Under the pieces are notes generated by a model that searched no databases, was not told the origin of the DNA, and saw only the letters and a program-made list of their open reading frames with translations. The translations under genes and the position numbers were made by a program. From IMG/VR virus record IMGVR_UViG_3300045988_163275, positions 32,001 through 96,000 of that record: 64,000 bases of DNA; one strand, given 5' to 3'. This stretch comes from a virus (Duplodnaviria; Heunggongvirae; Uroviricota; Caudoviricetes). Shown here one piece after another: positions 28,239 through 38,891 of this stretch (position 1 is its first letter; the number at the start of each line of letters is the position of its first letter).

Positions 28239-28883
28239 TTAAAACGTCTCTGAGGGCTTCTGACGCGCTCTGCTGATGTCTATTACCCCAGCTTTTGGAC
28301 GAGGGTCTACAAGATTCAACTCTTCAGCACTGTGATACTCCGTGTCGAACTCCCGATCGACATGGCGAATGTAAATGGCTGTCAGAAGGCTGTTATCATT
28401 CAGAAAGTGTCCGTAAGATTTGCGAATTACTTCGCCAACCTTCTCAATCTTCTCTCCGCCCATGCAGAGATGGTTAAATCGGCTGTGTTTCCGCAGCATT
28501 TCATCCACCGGGCCTGAGTAGACCTTATCAACTCTCCCGAACCGGATGACATTTCCGGTATCAGCTTCAACCAGACAAACGAGTTTGCCAGGTTCGACAC
28601 GATCTCGCCAAGTGACACCAGAGCGCAGTGTGTTGAAGTAGGGAGCATCCAATCCGATGATCGGTTTACGAAATGCTAGTAGTGGCACGTAACGTATGCA
28701 GCTGTTTAGGTGGAAATGCGCACCGGCGTCGTGGAGTTTAAGCCGGGTTTCGTTAATCGGGCATTTCGAAGCAATGCCGCAAAGGTCGCAGAGCAACTTC
28801 TGTTTGTTCAGACTAGTGTTTGATTCAATGGTGTAGGAGCCATCTTCAAGACGGCGAACCCAGCGCGTGCGTTTAAGATCCAT
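28239..28883 (-). CDS. hypothetical protein (214 aa)
   Basis: ATG 28881-28883; divergent from repA; no SD found. Confidence 0.45.
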   Translation of the reverse strand: MDLKRTRWVRRLEDGSYTIESNTSLNKQKLLCDLCGIASKCPINETRLKLHDAGAHFHLNSCIRYVPLLAFRKPIIGLDAPYFNTLRSGVTWRDRVEPGKLVCLVEADTGNVIRFGRVDKVYSGPVDEMLRKHSRFNHLCMGGEKIEKVGEVIRKSYGHFLNDNSLLTAIYIRHVDREFDTEYHSAEELNLVDPRPKAGVIDISRARQKPSETF

Positions 28884-28969
28884 AATTCTTGTTCAAATAA
28901 TTTTGTCCGGGGCAACGATAACGGATAAGGCGCACCGGAGTTTGCAAATGCCTGTTTACTTATTCACTT

Positions 28970-29045
28970 TATTCACAGGCCCGATCCAATATTTAGATCC
29001 CCAGAGAGATCCTACAGAAGATCAAAAGAGATCCCCGATCGTCTC
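28970..29045. promoter_or_regulatory. GATC-rich origin-like element (6 GATC in ~60 bp), unit 1
   Basis: CACAGGCCCGATCCA ... AGATCC repeats; near-identical block again at 29346-29416. Confidence 0.55.
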
Positions 29046-29077
29046 CAGCGCTTGCGGTTACTGGCTTGAGAAGGGGT

Positions 29078-29183
29078 TACTATCCACTATAGGGAGCAAA
29101 ATAACCACTGTAGAGAGCATAATAACCGCTATGAAGAGCAAAACAACCTCTCTGGAGAGTAGTCGGTATCCACTGTAGTGAGT
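29078..29183 (+). repeat. iteron cluster A (5 direct repeats, ~21-bp period)
   Basis: consensus (A)TAACCACTGTAGAGAGT at ~29078, 29099, 29119, 29140, 29165. Confidence 0.8.
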
Positions 29184-29345
29184 AGGAGACAATGTTTTAA
29201 CTGGATAACTCCGAGCCTGTTTTTCTGCGGCAGATGGCTGATATTCTTGGAAATATTGTAAATTTTGCGTTGCGGCGTGTTTATTTCGATCACACATTAT
29301 CCCCAGAAGGGGAGTGATGCCTGATTTTGTAATTATCTGATTTTT

Positions 29346-29416
29346 ATACACAGGCCCGATCCAGTAATTCAGATCCCTGTTAGAACCAAAGAGAACCACA
29401 AAGACCCAAAGAGATC
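29346..29416. promoter_or_regulatory. GATC-rich origin-like element, unit 2
   Basis: second copy of CACAGGCCCGATCCA-N-AGATCCC plus GAGATCC. Confidence 0.5.
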
Positions 29417-29461
29417 CCCGGACCCTGCAAACCGTTGTGCCACATGGCTTTAGAGGTTATC

Positions 29462-29585
29462 GATATCCACTATAGCGAGAATAACAACCACTATGGAGAG
29501 TAAATCAACCACTATGGAGAGTAGAAAAACCGCTGTAGGCGGTAGGATAACCACTGTGATGGGTGCTACTATCCACTGTAATCAG
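29462..29585 (+). repeat. iteron cluster B (6 direct repeats) immediately upstream of repA
   Basis: six ~19-bp repeats at ~22-bp spacing ending 40 bp before repA ATG. Confidence 0.8.
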
Positions 29586-29625
29586 TAAAGGCACCCAAGC
29601 CGTCGAATAAAAAGAGACATTTGGA

Positions 29626-30681
29626 ATGAGCGTAAACGACAATAAAAACATTGCGATAAGCGAAGCATTTTCCGAAACAGACAAAAAGACCGGCGAAGTT
29701 GTTACGTTAGTTCCTAACACCAACAACACAGTTCAGCCTGTTGCTCTGATGCGTCTTGGTCTCTTCGTTCCGACGCTGAAATCGACATCCAGGGGTAGAA
29801 AGGGGCAAATGGTCTCTATGGACGCCTCCGCTGAACTCAAACAGCTGTCTCTGGCCAAAGCCGAAGGGTACGAGGATATAAGGATTGCTGGTCTTCGTCT
29901 TGATATGGATAACGATTTCAAAACATGGGTGGGCATCATCCACGCGTTCGCCAAGCACAAGGTTGTTGGTGACACCGTCACGTTGCCGTTCGTCGAGTTC
30001 GTCAGACTTTGTGGCATACCAACAGCCAGATCGTCCGCGAAGTTACGTAAGCGCCTGGACAGCTCTCTAAGTCGTATCGCCACAAACACCATCTCATTCC
30101 GCAGCAAAGGCTCTGAAGAGTATTACGTTACGCACCTTGTGCAGACGGCAAAGTACAGTACCAAGAATGACACGGTCGAACTGAAGGCCGATCCTAAGAT
30201 TTTCGAACTTTACCAGTTCGACAAAAAGGTGCTTTTGCAACTTCGGGCCATCAACGAACTCTCCAGAAAGGAATCCGCGCAGGCGCTCTACACCTTCATT
30301 GAAAGTTTGCCACCAGACCCGGCGCCAATCTCATTGGCTCGCTTACGCGCCAGACTTAACTTAACCAGCCGCACCATTACCCAGAATGCGACAGTCAGGA
30401 AGGCGATGGAGCAACTGCGAGAGATCGGCTATCTCGATTACACTGAAGTGAAACGCGGCAGCTCGGTCTACTTCGTCATCCACTATAGACGGCCGAAGTT
30501 ACGTTCGGCACTGCCGCCATCTATGGCCACGCCTGAAGATCCAGAAGATATCTTGCCAGGTGATGATCCGGAGGACATTATCGATGTTGCTCCTGAAGAA
30601 AAAGACGGGGAAATGGTCATGTTGAGCAAGGAAGAACTGGCGATTCTCGAAGAGCTGCGCAAGGCAAAGGCTCGCAAATAG
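29626..30681 (+). CDS. repA: plasmid replication initiator RepA (iteron-binding)
   Basis: flanked on both sides by iterons; [61 protein letters not shown] blocks resemble P1-type RepA as I recall it. Confidence 0.8.
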   Translation: MSVNDNKNIAISEAFSETDKKTGEVVTLVPNTNNTVQPVALMRLGLFVPTLKSTSRGRKGQMVSMDASAELKQLSLAKAEGYEDIRIAGLRLDMDNDFKTWVGIIHAFAKHKVVGDTVTLPFVEFVRLCGIPTARSSAKLRKRLDSSLSRIATNTISFRSKGSEEYYVTHLVQTAKYSTKNDTVELKADPKIFELYQFDKKVLLQLRAINELSRKESAQALYTFIESLPPDPAPISLARLRARLNLTSRTITQNATVRKAMEQLREIGYLDYTEVKRGSSVYFVIHYRRPKLRSALPPSMATPEDPEDILPGDDPEDIIDVAPEEKDGEMVMLSKEELAILEELRKAKARK

Positions 30682-31247
30682 CCCAACCACTGTAGAGAGT
30701 AAAAAGGCTCACTATCCACTGTAGTGAGCCTTTTTGTTTATCGGAAATGCAATATCCACTGTAGTGAGTAAAAGAAACCGAAGAATAACCACTGTAGGCA
30801 GTGCGCACAAATCGCGAAGTAAATGTTAGTGGTTGCAAACATAGATAAAACAAGGGCTGAGAGGTTAGCGGTCACTGGGTATCCATGTTAAGTCTACTCT
30901 CTACAGCGGTTATCGTCGCTCTCTTCATTGTTGACTATCCACTGTGAAGAGCAGAATTGGCTGACTTGACCTTTATCCACTGTAGTGAGTGGATATCTGT
31001 TTAAAACAGCGAAGATTTACTCTCCATAGTGGATATCCGCTGGAGGAGGCATTCCATCACTCTCTATAGTGGTTGTTTGTAGTCAGTGAACGCCTGTTTA
31101 CTCACTACAGTGGATAGTTGATATCGTGGCAGAGGGTTTGCTCACTACAGTGGTTGGGGTGCATACCTGAAGGGTGTTCTACTCGCTACAGTGGTTATGA
31201 GCCGGATTCACACACGGTGAGCTGGCTACTCACCGCAGTGGATAGTG
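30682..31247. repeat. downstream iteron field (~13 repeats in both orientations)
   Basis: direct copies at ~30682, 30710, 30750, 30782, 30933, 30971; inverted copies at ~30891, 31017, 31058, 31097, 31137, 31176, 31225. Confidence 0.8.
30703..30735. terminator. bidirectional terminator-like hairpin after repA (embeds one iteron)
   Basis: AAAAAGGCTCAC-TATCCACTGT-AGTGAGCCTTTTT. Confidence 0.5.
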
Positions 31248-31250
31248 TTA

Positions 31251-31463
31251 TCAGTGGATTTTCTTCAGCAGACCCCAGAGTGTCCCGGCCTTCGTTGCGA
31301 GCTTACCTGTTTCCGGATCGTACATGTGCCATTCACGTCGCTGGTGGACAATATACCCATCTTCACGTTCCAGTCGTTCCAGTACGCCGGACTGCTTGAA
31401 CCCTTTGGCACGCCAGTAGCCGCTTGTTTTTTCGATTTCCAGACCTGTCAGTGTAACCGCCAT
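31251..31463 (-). CDS. hypothetical protein (70 aa)
   Basis: ATG 31461-31463 with AAGGAG SD. Confidence 0.4.
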   Translation of the reverse strand: MAVTLTGLEIEKTSGYWRAKGFKQSGVLERLEREDGYIVHQRREWHMYDPETGKLATKAGTLWGLLKKIH

Positions 31464-31798
31464 CAACTAATCTCCTTGCAGTCATCGAAAAGGTAGCTGT
31501 CGTTCTTCGCGTGAACGCCGTATACATCACCCGATTTGTTGTAAACGAACCTATCTTTACCTACGCCAGATAGTTCGCCGTTACGTTTAGTGAGAAACGG
31601 GGAAGACAGGACGCGATCATCGCGTACCACATAAAACTGTTCGCCGCGGTCCACAACCATCGCGCCGTAATTAGCTTTAACGACGTTACGGATCAGGCCG
31701 TTTTTCGCTTCGACCACAAACATTTCGCACTCATAGACATGTGTGTCCGCAAAGACGGGGAGAGTGAGCAGCGCCAGTACCAGGGCTGTTTTCTTCAT
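31463..31798 (-). CDS. hypothetical secreted protein (111 aa)
   Basis: signal peptide MKKTALVLALLTLPVFA. Confidence 0.5.
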   Translation of the reverse strand: MKKTALVLALLTLPVFADTHVYECEMFVVEAKNGLIRNVVKANYGAMVVDRGEQFYVVRDDRVLSSPFLTKRNGELSGVGKDRFVYNKSGDVYGVHAKNDSYLFDDCKEIS

Positions 31799-31974
31799 GC
31801 CACGACTCCTTTGAAAACGCCTAATGCTGAGTCGAAGACCAGTACTACGGCCAGCGCATTGATCATCACATCATTAACAGGCGCCAGCGCTTTACGGATT
31901 GCCTCTGTGAAGATGCAGTCGAGCACAAAGGCTATCGAGATAATAAGTAACGTAATATCTAATAAAATTTTCAT
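31795..31974 (-). CDS. hypothetical small membrane protein (59 aa)
   Basis: hand-translated MKILLDITLLIISIAFVLDC ... ; stop overlaps downstream ATG; not in track. Confidence 0.35.
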   Translation of the reverse strand: MKILLDITLLIISIAFVLDCIFTEAIRKALAPVNDVMINALAVVLVFDSALGVFKGVVA

Positions 31975-31975
31975 G

Positions 31976-31996
31976 ATAGGTAAATGCTAACTTATA
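31976..31996. promoter_or_regulatory. palindromic motif B copy
   Basis: GATAGGTAAATGCTAACTTAT directly upstream of ATG 31974. Confidence 0.45.
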
Positions 31997-32013
31997 TATT
32001 TTTGCTGTTAATA

Positions 32014-32289
32014 TCACTCAAAAGTGCTGATACCCAAAATGCGCTCAAGATGGGCCGCGTCTTCATCGCTTACCAGCATTGTGTCGTCGACGTACCAGCA
32101 GCTACCGTTGTGCCAACAAACACCGTCATCATCGATATAAATAGAATCCGTATCCATTCCTGTGTATTCAACTAGATTGCGTTCAATTGCCGCTTGAATT
32201 TCTTCATCGTTCAGCCCGTCGCACTTGATCATGAACAACGGGTAAACGTCATAGTCGCTACTAGATGAAATGCGAACCAAAGTCTTCAT
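32014..32289 (-). CDS. hypothetical acidic protein (91 aa)
   Basis: ATG 32287-32289 with AAGGAG SD; track ORF extends over motif B. Confidence 0.45.
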   Translation of the reverse strand: MKTLVRISSSSDYDVYPLFMIKCDGLNDEEIQAAIERNLVEYTGMDTDSIYIDDDGVCWHNGSCWYVDDTMLVSDEDAAHLERILGISTFE

Positions 32290-32305
32290 GTGTTTTCTCC
32301 TTGTT

Positions 32306-32325
32306 GGTAAGTACTTATCTATCTT
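32306..32325. promoter_or_regulatory. palindromic motif B copy
   Basis: GGTAAGTACTTATCTATC 17 nt upstream of ATG 32289; marks left edge of island. Confidence 0.55.
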
Positions 32326-32777
32326 AATGGGCGCTATAAGGCGCACAATCATTGTGTTCAGGCTGGTGGAAAGAACTTCTCCAGCGTGTGGTTGATAGCC
32401 TTATCAATGTGCATCAGGTGGCCAAATTCAGTGTGCCACTTCACTCGAACCCCAAGACCGGCAATGGAATCGCTTTGTAGAGCTAGAGTTAGTGCCGCAT
32501 CCTCGTATTGAGCACAGCGAAGCGATTGAGCTAGACTATGGCATGACGGGGGGCGCTCTAAAGGTTGAGATTAGAGCGGCCTCGGCAGGCTACTTACTCA
32601 GACAATGGAATGTGGATTGTTCTACCAACGCCACACTCCAAGATGGTGGAGCTCAATTGTACTTAAAGAACAGAGCAACACTTTATGGAGTTAAAAACAT
32701 CATGCTAGCTCCAGGGATTGAAAAAGAACTTGGTAACTAATGCACAAAAACGAACTTGGCGCAGAGAATAAATTTTG

Positions 32778-35700
32778 ATGAAAATAATCGATAACCTTAA
32801 CAACCTATTAGGTGACGAGCTTCAACAGACGCTGACACCGAATACAAAGTTAAAGATTGCTGCGTCTTGCTTTTCTATTTATGCGTATGAGGCTCTCAAA
32901 AAGGAGTTAGCGAAGATAGACTCACTTGAGTTCATCTTCACATCACCTACTTTTGTCGCAGATGAAGTTACCGATAAATTCAAAAAAGAAAAACGAGAGT
33001 TCTTTATTCCCAAAGCAGGGCGTGAACGCAGCCTTTACGGAACTGACTTTGAAATACAGTTAAAGAACAAGCTCACTCAAAAGGCGATCGCCAAAGAGTG
33101 TGCAAACTGGATCAGAAAGAAAGCGACATTCAAATCAAACAAAACTGATTCTCCAATGCAGTCGTTTGTTGTGACGGAAGCACCTAGACAGCAAACAGAG
33201 ACAATGAGTGCAGTTTTTGCTCCGGTTAGCGGGTTTACGGCGGTTGATCTAGGGTATCAGCGAGGAAATGCTATTTCGAATTTTGTGCAAAAAATCGATG
33301 AGCCAAATTTCACAGCCCAGTACTTACAGTTATTCGACCAAATTTGGAAAGACCCTGCGAAGCTTCAAGATGTTACTAAAACAATTTGCGAGCATATAGA
33401 GTCTGTCTACCAGGAAAACTCGCCTGAGAAAGTCTATTTCATTATTTTGTATAACATTTTTAATGAGTTCCTTGATGATATTACAGAGGATGTATTACCA
33501 AATGATCGAACCGGCTATCAGGACACCTTGATTTGGAACAAGTTATTCAACTACCAAAAAGATGCCGCGACTGGGATTATCAATAAGTTAGAGACCTATA
33601 ACGGCTGCATTCTGGCTGATAGTGTTGGTCTTGGTAAAACATTTACAGCGTTAGCTGTCATCAAGTATTACGAGCTCAGGAACAAGTCCGTACTTCTACT
33701 GTGTCCGAAAAAATTGGCAGATAACTGGCTCAACTTTAATCGAAACTTAAAGACAAATATTTTTGCTAAAGACCGTTTTAGTTACGATGTTTTGTGTCAC
33801 ACAGATTTGAGTCGAACCTCTGGCGAATCCTTCGGTACTCCGTTGAATAGAATAAACTGGGGTAACTATGACTTGGTCGTCATTGATGAGTCGCATAACT
33901 TTAGAAATAACGATGCAGTGAAAGATCGAGAAACTCGATATCAGAAACTGATGAATAAAGTGATTCGCGCTGGCGTAAAAACCAAGGTGCTGATGCTATC
34001 AGCGACACCAGTGAATAACAGATTTACTGACCTGAGAAACCAGCTCGCGTTAGCTTATGAAGGCGAGTCGAGCAATCTCACAAAGCATCTTAAAACCACA
34101 AAAAGCGTAGAACAGATCTTCAACCAAGCACAAGCCGCATTTAACGCTTGGTCCAAACTCGACCCAGAGACGCGAACAGCTAAAGCCATACTCGATGCCT
34201 TAGATTTTGACTTTTTTGAACTGCTTGATAGCGTCACTATCGCTCGCTCACGAAAGCACATCACAACTTTCTACGACACAACAGATATTGGCCATTTCCC
34301 TGAACGTAACAAGCCAATCTCGTTTCATTGTCCGCTTACTACTCGTTCGGATGTAGTAAGCCTGAATGAGATCTTTGAACAGCTTAAGCTACTCAAACTA
34401 TCTGTTTATGCGCCAGTGAGTTATATCCTCCCGAGTAGATTGAAGAAATATGAGGAGATGTATGACACGGAAGTTGAAGGCGGAAAAGGTAAGTTAAAGC
34501 AAAGCGACCGTGAAAAAAGTTTGGTTGCATTGATGACAACGAACCTCCTAAAGCGTCTTGAGAGCTCCGTATACTCGTTCAGAAGCACCTTGCAATCTCT
34601 CCATGATAACCATGTTCGTGTTCTAGGTATTATCGACGAATTCTATAAGCGAGACGGGCAAACCGAAGTGAGCAGTCTCGTTGAAGCGCTAGAGTCTATT
34701 GAAGCAGATGAAGACGATATGCCTTCTTATCACGATATGGAAATCGGTAACAAAATCAAAATTAAGCTAATGGATATGGATCTTCCATCCTGGCAGCAGG
34801 ATTTAGATGGCGATTTGGAGCTGATCAAAGGGTTACTAGATTCTGTTAGCAAAATTAAGCCAGAAGAAGATGCTAAGTTGCAGCATCTGAAATCACATAT
34901 TGCTGCAAAAATAAATAATCCGATAAATCCTGGAAACCGGAAAATCATCGTGTTCACGGCGTTTGCTGACACCGCTCAGTATCTGTACGAGCAGTTGTCA
35001 CCTGTGATGTTAAGCGAGCATAGAATCCATACTGCGATGATCACTGGTGGTGCCAGTTTACCTAAGACCACCTTAAAAACCGGACGAAAAGGTTACGACA
35101 CACAAGAAGTGCTCACCTTGTTTTCTCCAGTTTCCAAATCGAAAGCCAGTGTATTACCTGACGAACCCGCTGAAATCGATTTGTTGATTGCTACAGACTG
35201 TATCTCTGAAGGGCAGAACTTACAGGATTGCGATTACTTAATTAACTTTGATATTCATTGGAATCCAGTTCGGATTGTTCAGCGCTTTGGGCGTGTTGAC
35301 CGTATTGGCTCGGCGAATAAATGTATTCAGTTAGTTAACTACTGGCCTGATATATCGCTGGATGAGTACATCAACTTAAAAGAACGTGTTGAAAGTCGAA
35401 TGACGATTGTTGACGTAACAGCGACCGGTGATGACAACGTTCTAAGTTGTCAAGCGAATGATGTGTCGTACCGTAAAGAGCAGTTAAAGAAACTACAAGA
35501 AGAAGTCATCGAGCTTGAAGATTTAAAAACGGGGGTTTCTATCACCGATCTAGGTCTAAACGAATTTCGAATGGACCTGCTAAATCTAATGAAACTCTAC
35601 GGCGAACCAAGAAATGCACCAAGCGGCATGCATGCGGTGGTTGAGGCTAAGCCAGAATTAGGGTTATTGCCTGGCGTGGTGTTTGCGCTGAAAAACGTTA

Positions 35701-36110
35701 ATAACAGTATCGATAGAGATCTGCAAAACAGGCTCCACCCTTATTACCTTGTCTATGTATCGAATGAAGGGGACATCGTCGCTAATCATTTTGAGGTAAA
35801 GAGACTATTAGATTTAATCCGAAGTAGCTGTAAAGGTCAAACAGCACCGCTCAGTGAGATTTGTGCTTTATTTAATCGCTTAACGCAAGACGGTCGAGAT
35901 ATGCAGTGTTACTCTCACCTTCTAACAGATGCCATAAAAAGCATGGTTGAAGTTAAGGAAGAAAAAGATATTGATAGTTTGTTCAATGGTGGCGCTACCT
36001 CAGCTTTAGTGAATACATTTGCCGGGCTTGATGACTTTGAATTGCTGGCATTTATTGTGATCCAGCAAAAGCAGCTGATGGAAAACAGTGCCCAGGATGA
36101 GGTTAGCTAA
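32778..36110 (+). CDS. SNF2-family helicase with ~250-aa N-terminal domain of unknown function
   Basis: motif I ADSVGLGKTFTA, motif II LVVIDESHNFRN, motif III LMLSATPVNN, C-terminal helicase motifs ATDCISEGQNLQDCDYLINFDIHWNPVRIVQRFGRVDRIGS; 1110 aa; AT-rich. Confidence 0.85.
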   Translation: MKIIDNLNNLLGDELQQTLTPNTKLKIAASCFSIYAYEALKKELAKIDSLEFIFTSPTFVADEVTDKFKKEKREFFIPKAGRERSLYGTDFEIQLKNKLTQKAIAKECANWIRKKATFKSNKTDSPMQSFVVTEAPRQQTETMSAVFAPVSGFTAVDLGYQRGNAISNFVQKIDEPNFTAQYLQLFDQIWKDPAKLQDVTKTICEHIESVYQENSPEKVYFIILYNIFNEFLDDITEDVLPNDRTGYQDTLIWNKLFNYQKDAATGIINKLETYNGCILADSVGLGKTFTALAVIKYYELRNKSVLLLCPKKLADNWLNFNRNLKTNIFAKDRFSYDVLCHTDLSRTSGESFGTPLNRINWGNYDLVVIDESHNFRNNDAVKDRETRYQKLMNKVIRAGVKTKVLMLSATPVNNRFTDLRNQLALAYEGESSNLTKHLKTTKSVEQIFNQAQAAFNAWSKLDPETRTAKAILDALDFDFFELLDSVTIARSRKHITTFYDTTDIGHFPERNKPISFHCPLTTRSDVVSLNEIFEQLKLLKLSVYAPVSYILPSRLKKYEEMYDTEVEGGKGKLKQSDREKSLVALMTTNLLKRLESSVYSFRSTLQSLHDNHVRVLGIIDEFYKRDGQTEVSSLVEALESIEADEDDMPSYHDMEIGNKIKIKLMDMDLPSWQQDLDGDLELIKGLLDSVSKIKPEEDAKLQHLKSHIAAKINNPINPGNRKIIVFTAFADTAQYLYEQLSPVMLSEHRIHTAMITGGASLPKTTLKTGRKGYDTQEVLTLFSPVSKSKASVLPDEPAEIDLLIATDCISEGQNLQDCDYLINFDIHWNPVRIVQRFGRVDRIGSANKCIQLVNYWPDISLDEYINLKERVESRMTIVDVTATGDDNVLSCQANDVSYRKEQLKKLQEEVIELEDLKTGVSITDLGLNEFRMDLLNLMKLYGEPRNAPSGMHAVVEAKPELGLLPGVVFALKNVNNSIDRDLQNRLHPYYLVYVSNEGDIVANHFEVKRLLDLIRSSCKGQTAPLSEICALFNRLTQDGRDMQCYSHLLTDAIKSMVEVKEEKDIDSLFNGGATSALVNTFAGLDDFELLAFIVIQQKQLMENSAQDEVS

Positions 36111-36113
36111 TCT

Positions 36114-36800
36114 ATGTACTCACCTTGGATATTTCCTGACAAAGCAAAGTTCGGTCGAGTCGTGCCGAAGAACAAAATATACGAACACAGCGCGGCAAGC
36201 GCTGGATTGAAGTCACTTTTTGTAGAGCAAGTAGAGCAAATCCTTTGGGCTTACAAGCTATCGCCTAGCACGCTGAATATTCCTCAAACCAGTGAGGTCA
36301 GTGAAATACAGGTTTTCAGTGTGAAGCTTAAAGGTGACTCGATAGACGACAGCGTACTAAAAGCCATTGATTTGGCGATACCTTTTCCCATTCTATTTGA
36401 GGTATGGGAAGCTCGCGGTGAGCAAGGCCACTACGTTGCTTGCTATAAGCGTAAGGCAGAAAATGATCAGTCAAAATGGTTTTGTAGCCGCTATTTACGC
36501 TCAGAAACCTTCTATTCAAGTGATTCATTAGCAGTGACTTCAGAAGTTTTGGGGTTGCCTACCGCCATCGATATGGCGGAGCTGTATCAAAAGCTTCTTA
36601 CTCGCTTGTTACCCATACCCCAACGAGCCGCTGAGAGTATTGAAGAGGTCATTGAACGCTTGATGGCAATTCAGGCATTGGAAAAGCAAATCTCGCAATA
36701 TAAGAAGAAGGTTCATGCCGAGAAACAGTTTAACCGCAAGGTTGAGCTCAATAAGCAGTTAAAGAATTTAAGGTGCGAGCTTCAAGAGTTACTCGCATAA
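36114..36800 (+). CDS. 228-aa protein of unknown function, coiled-coil C-terminus, coupled to the helicase
   Basis: ATG 3 nt after helicase stop; C-terminal heptad-rich segment; no catalytic motif seen. Confidence 0.7.
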   Translation: MYSPWIFPDKAKFGRVVPKNKIYEHSAASAGLKSLFVEQVEQILWAYKLSPSTLNIPQTSEVSEIQVFSVKLKGDSIDDSVLKAIDLAIPFPILFEVWEARGEQGHYVACYKRKAENDQSKWFCSRYLRSETFYSSDSLAVTSEVLGLPTAIDMAELYQKLLTRLLPIPQRAAESIEEVIERLMAIQALEKQISQYKKKVHAEKQFNRKVELNKQLKNLRCELQELLA

Positions 36801-36873
36801 AGAATAAACAATTTCAATCAGTTAAATAGTGCCACATGCTTTTTATGCAAGGCATCACGCAAAAGGTGAACAC

Positions 36874-38796
36874 ATGGACAAATTAAAGATGCACAGCCCC
36901 GACATGACGCAGCAAAACATAGAGAAAATTCAGGCGTTGTTTCCGAACTGCGTGACGGAATCAAGAGGAGCTAACGGAGAGCTAAAGTTAGTCATTGATT
37001 TTGACCAACTTAAACAAGAGCTATCAAATTCAATCGTTGAAGGCCCGCAAGAGCGCTATCAGCTGAACTGGCCCGGTAAGCGAGAAGCACTACTAACAGC
37101 GAACGCACCTATTGCAAAAACATTAAGACCTTGTCGAGAAGAAAGTGTTAATTTTGATACCACAGAAAACCTCTTTATTGAAGGTGATAACCTTGATGCG
37201 CTAAAAATGTTGCAAGAAACCTATTTGGGCAAGGTTAAGGTGATTTATATAGATCCGCCCTATAATACGGGTAAGGATTTTATATACGAAGACGATTTTG
37301 CTGAAAATTCTGATGGGTTTTTGAAGCGGTCAAATCAAAAGGATGAAGAAGGCAATCGCCTTGTAGCCAATACCGATTCCAACGGTCGCTTTCACTCAGA
37401 CTGGTTGAGCATGATATTTTCGAGACTTAAACTTGCACGCAATATACTAAGTAGTGATGGAATTATCTTTATTAGTATAGATGAAAACGAGCTTGATAAC
37501 CTCTTGAAAATAGGAAAGGAAATATTTGGTGAAGAGAACCACATAACTACGTTTTGTTGGGAAAAAAAGAAGAAACCATCTTTTCTTAATAAAAATGTAG
37601 GTTCGAAATTCGAGTATATTGTCACCTTTTCAAAGAATCGTGATTACACAGGTGCATTTTCCATTGATCTTACAACTGAAGGTAAAAAGTACCCCCTGAA
37701 TAATGCAGGGAACTCACTCGGAAACCTTGTTTTTCCAGCAGGTTCGGTACGATTCAACTTGCCAGACCAGATTATAGAACCGCAAGATATGTCTGAGGGT
37801 AAAATAAAAACCAGGTTAATTAATAGGTTGGAAATAATTGGAGGTAAAAACGTTAATGAATTTATCCTTGAGGGTGAATGGAGATATTCTCAGAATAGAT
37901 TAAATGAAATTCTAGAAAATCGAGAAGAAATTATAATCAGCAAAGTTCCGTTTAGGCCAAATCATGTAAAAGCAGGAGGTGAGATAAAAAAAATGCACAA
38001 CCTCCTAAGTGTCGCTCATTATAAAGTTTCAACTAATGAGGATGCGGATGCCGAAAGTTCAGAGTTGATGGGGAATAAATACTTTGATTACACCAAGCCT
38101 TCAAATTTAATCAAACTATTAATCCAAGCAATAACTTATGACGATCAAGAATGTCTAGTATTAGATTTTTTTGCGGGTTCATCAACAACCGCCCATGCCG
38201 TGATGCAACTTAATGCAGAAGATGGCGGAAATCGAAAATTTATCATGGTTCAGTTGCCTGAAGAGTGTGATAAAAAATCAGAAGCCTTCAAAGCTGGCTA
38301 CAAAACAATTGCTGAGATATCAAAAGAACGCATCCGCCGTGCTGGTGCAAAAATATTAGAAGGGGAGTGCCACAAAGACTGGAATAAAGACGTTGGTTTC
38401 CGAGTGCTTAAAGTTGATACATCCAATATGGCCGATGTCTACTACTCGCCAGAGCAGGTTTCTCAGGGTTCGTTAGACTTATTGGTAGATAATATTAAAT
38501 CAGACCGCACTGATGAAGATTTACTTTTCCAGGTTCTACTTGATTGGGGCGTCGATTTAACCTTGCCAATTAGAAAAGAAACGATTCAAGGTAAATCGGT
38601 ATTCTTTGTCGATGATGATGCACTGGTGGCCTGTTTTGATCTGCGCATAAATGAAGCTTTGATTAAAGAGTTAGCCATAAAAGAACCTCTTCGCGTAGTG
38701 TTCCGTGATGACGGCTTTGAATCTGATGCAGTAAAAATCAATGCTGAGCAGATTTTCAAGCAAGTGTCGCCATATACTGAAGTTAAAGCGATTTAA
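36874..38796 (+). CDS. mod: Type III restriction-modification Mod subunit (beta-class N6-adenine methyltransferase)
   Basis: [13 protein letters not shown] ... [23 protein letters not shown] (motif IV) precedes [16 protein letters not shown] (motif I); ~640 aa; ATG with AAGGTG SD (track ORF starts GTG 36829). Confidence 0.85.
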   Translation: MDKLKMHSPDMTQQNIEKIQALFPNCVTESRGANGELKLVIDFDQLKQELSNSIVEGPQERYQLNWPGKREALLTANAPIAKTLRPCREESVNFDTTENLFIEGDNLDALKMLQETYLGKVKVIYIDPPYNTGKDFIYEDDFAENSDGFLKRSNQKDEEGNRLVANTDSNGRFHSDWLSMIFSRLKLARNILSSDGIIFISIDENELDNLLKIGKEIFGEENHITTFCWEKKKKPSFLNKNVGSKFEYIVTFSKNRDYTGAFSIDLTTEGKKYPLNNAGNSLGNLVFPAGSVRFNLPDQIIEPQDMSEGKIKTRLINRLEIIGGKNVNEFILEGEWRYSQNRLNEILENREEIIISKVPFRPNHVKAGGEIKKMHNLLSVAHYKVSTNEDADAESSELMGNKYFDYTKPSNLIKLLIQAITYDDQECLVLDFFAGSSTTAHAVMQLNAEDGGNRKFIMVQLPEECDKKSEAFKAGYKTIAEISKERIRRAGAKILEGECHKDWNKDVGFRVLKVDTSNMADVYYSPEQVSQGSLDLLVDNIKSDRTDEDLLFQVLLDWGVDLTLPIRKETIQGKSVFFVDDDALVACFDLRINEALIKELAIKEPLRVVFRDDGFESDAVKINAEQIFKQVSPYTEVKAI

Positions 38797-38891
38797 GGGG
38801 GGAGCATGACAAATTTTACCGGATTAAAATTTGCACACAGCCTTGTCGCAGACAAGGTGTGCCCAAAGGGTTGCGTACAGGGAGGTGCGCA

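Noticed and set aside
29078-31247. Repeat arrays around 29-31 kb as a possible CRISPR array
   Set aside because: Repeats are ~19 bp at ~21-bp spacing with no unique spacers of CRISPR length, occur in both orientations, flank a Rep initiator gene, and no cas genes are present; they are iterons.
32366-32570. Startless ~70-codon frame on the minus strand at the island's left edge as a truncated integrase or transposase
   Set aside because: No R/H/Y catalytic motifs or other diagnostic signature; it can be noted only as a possible remnant.
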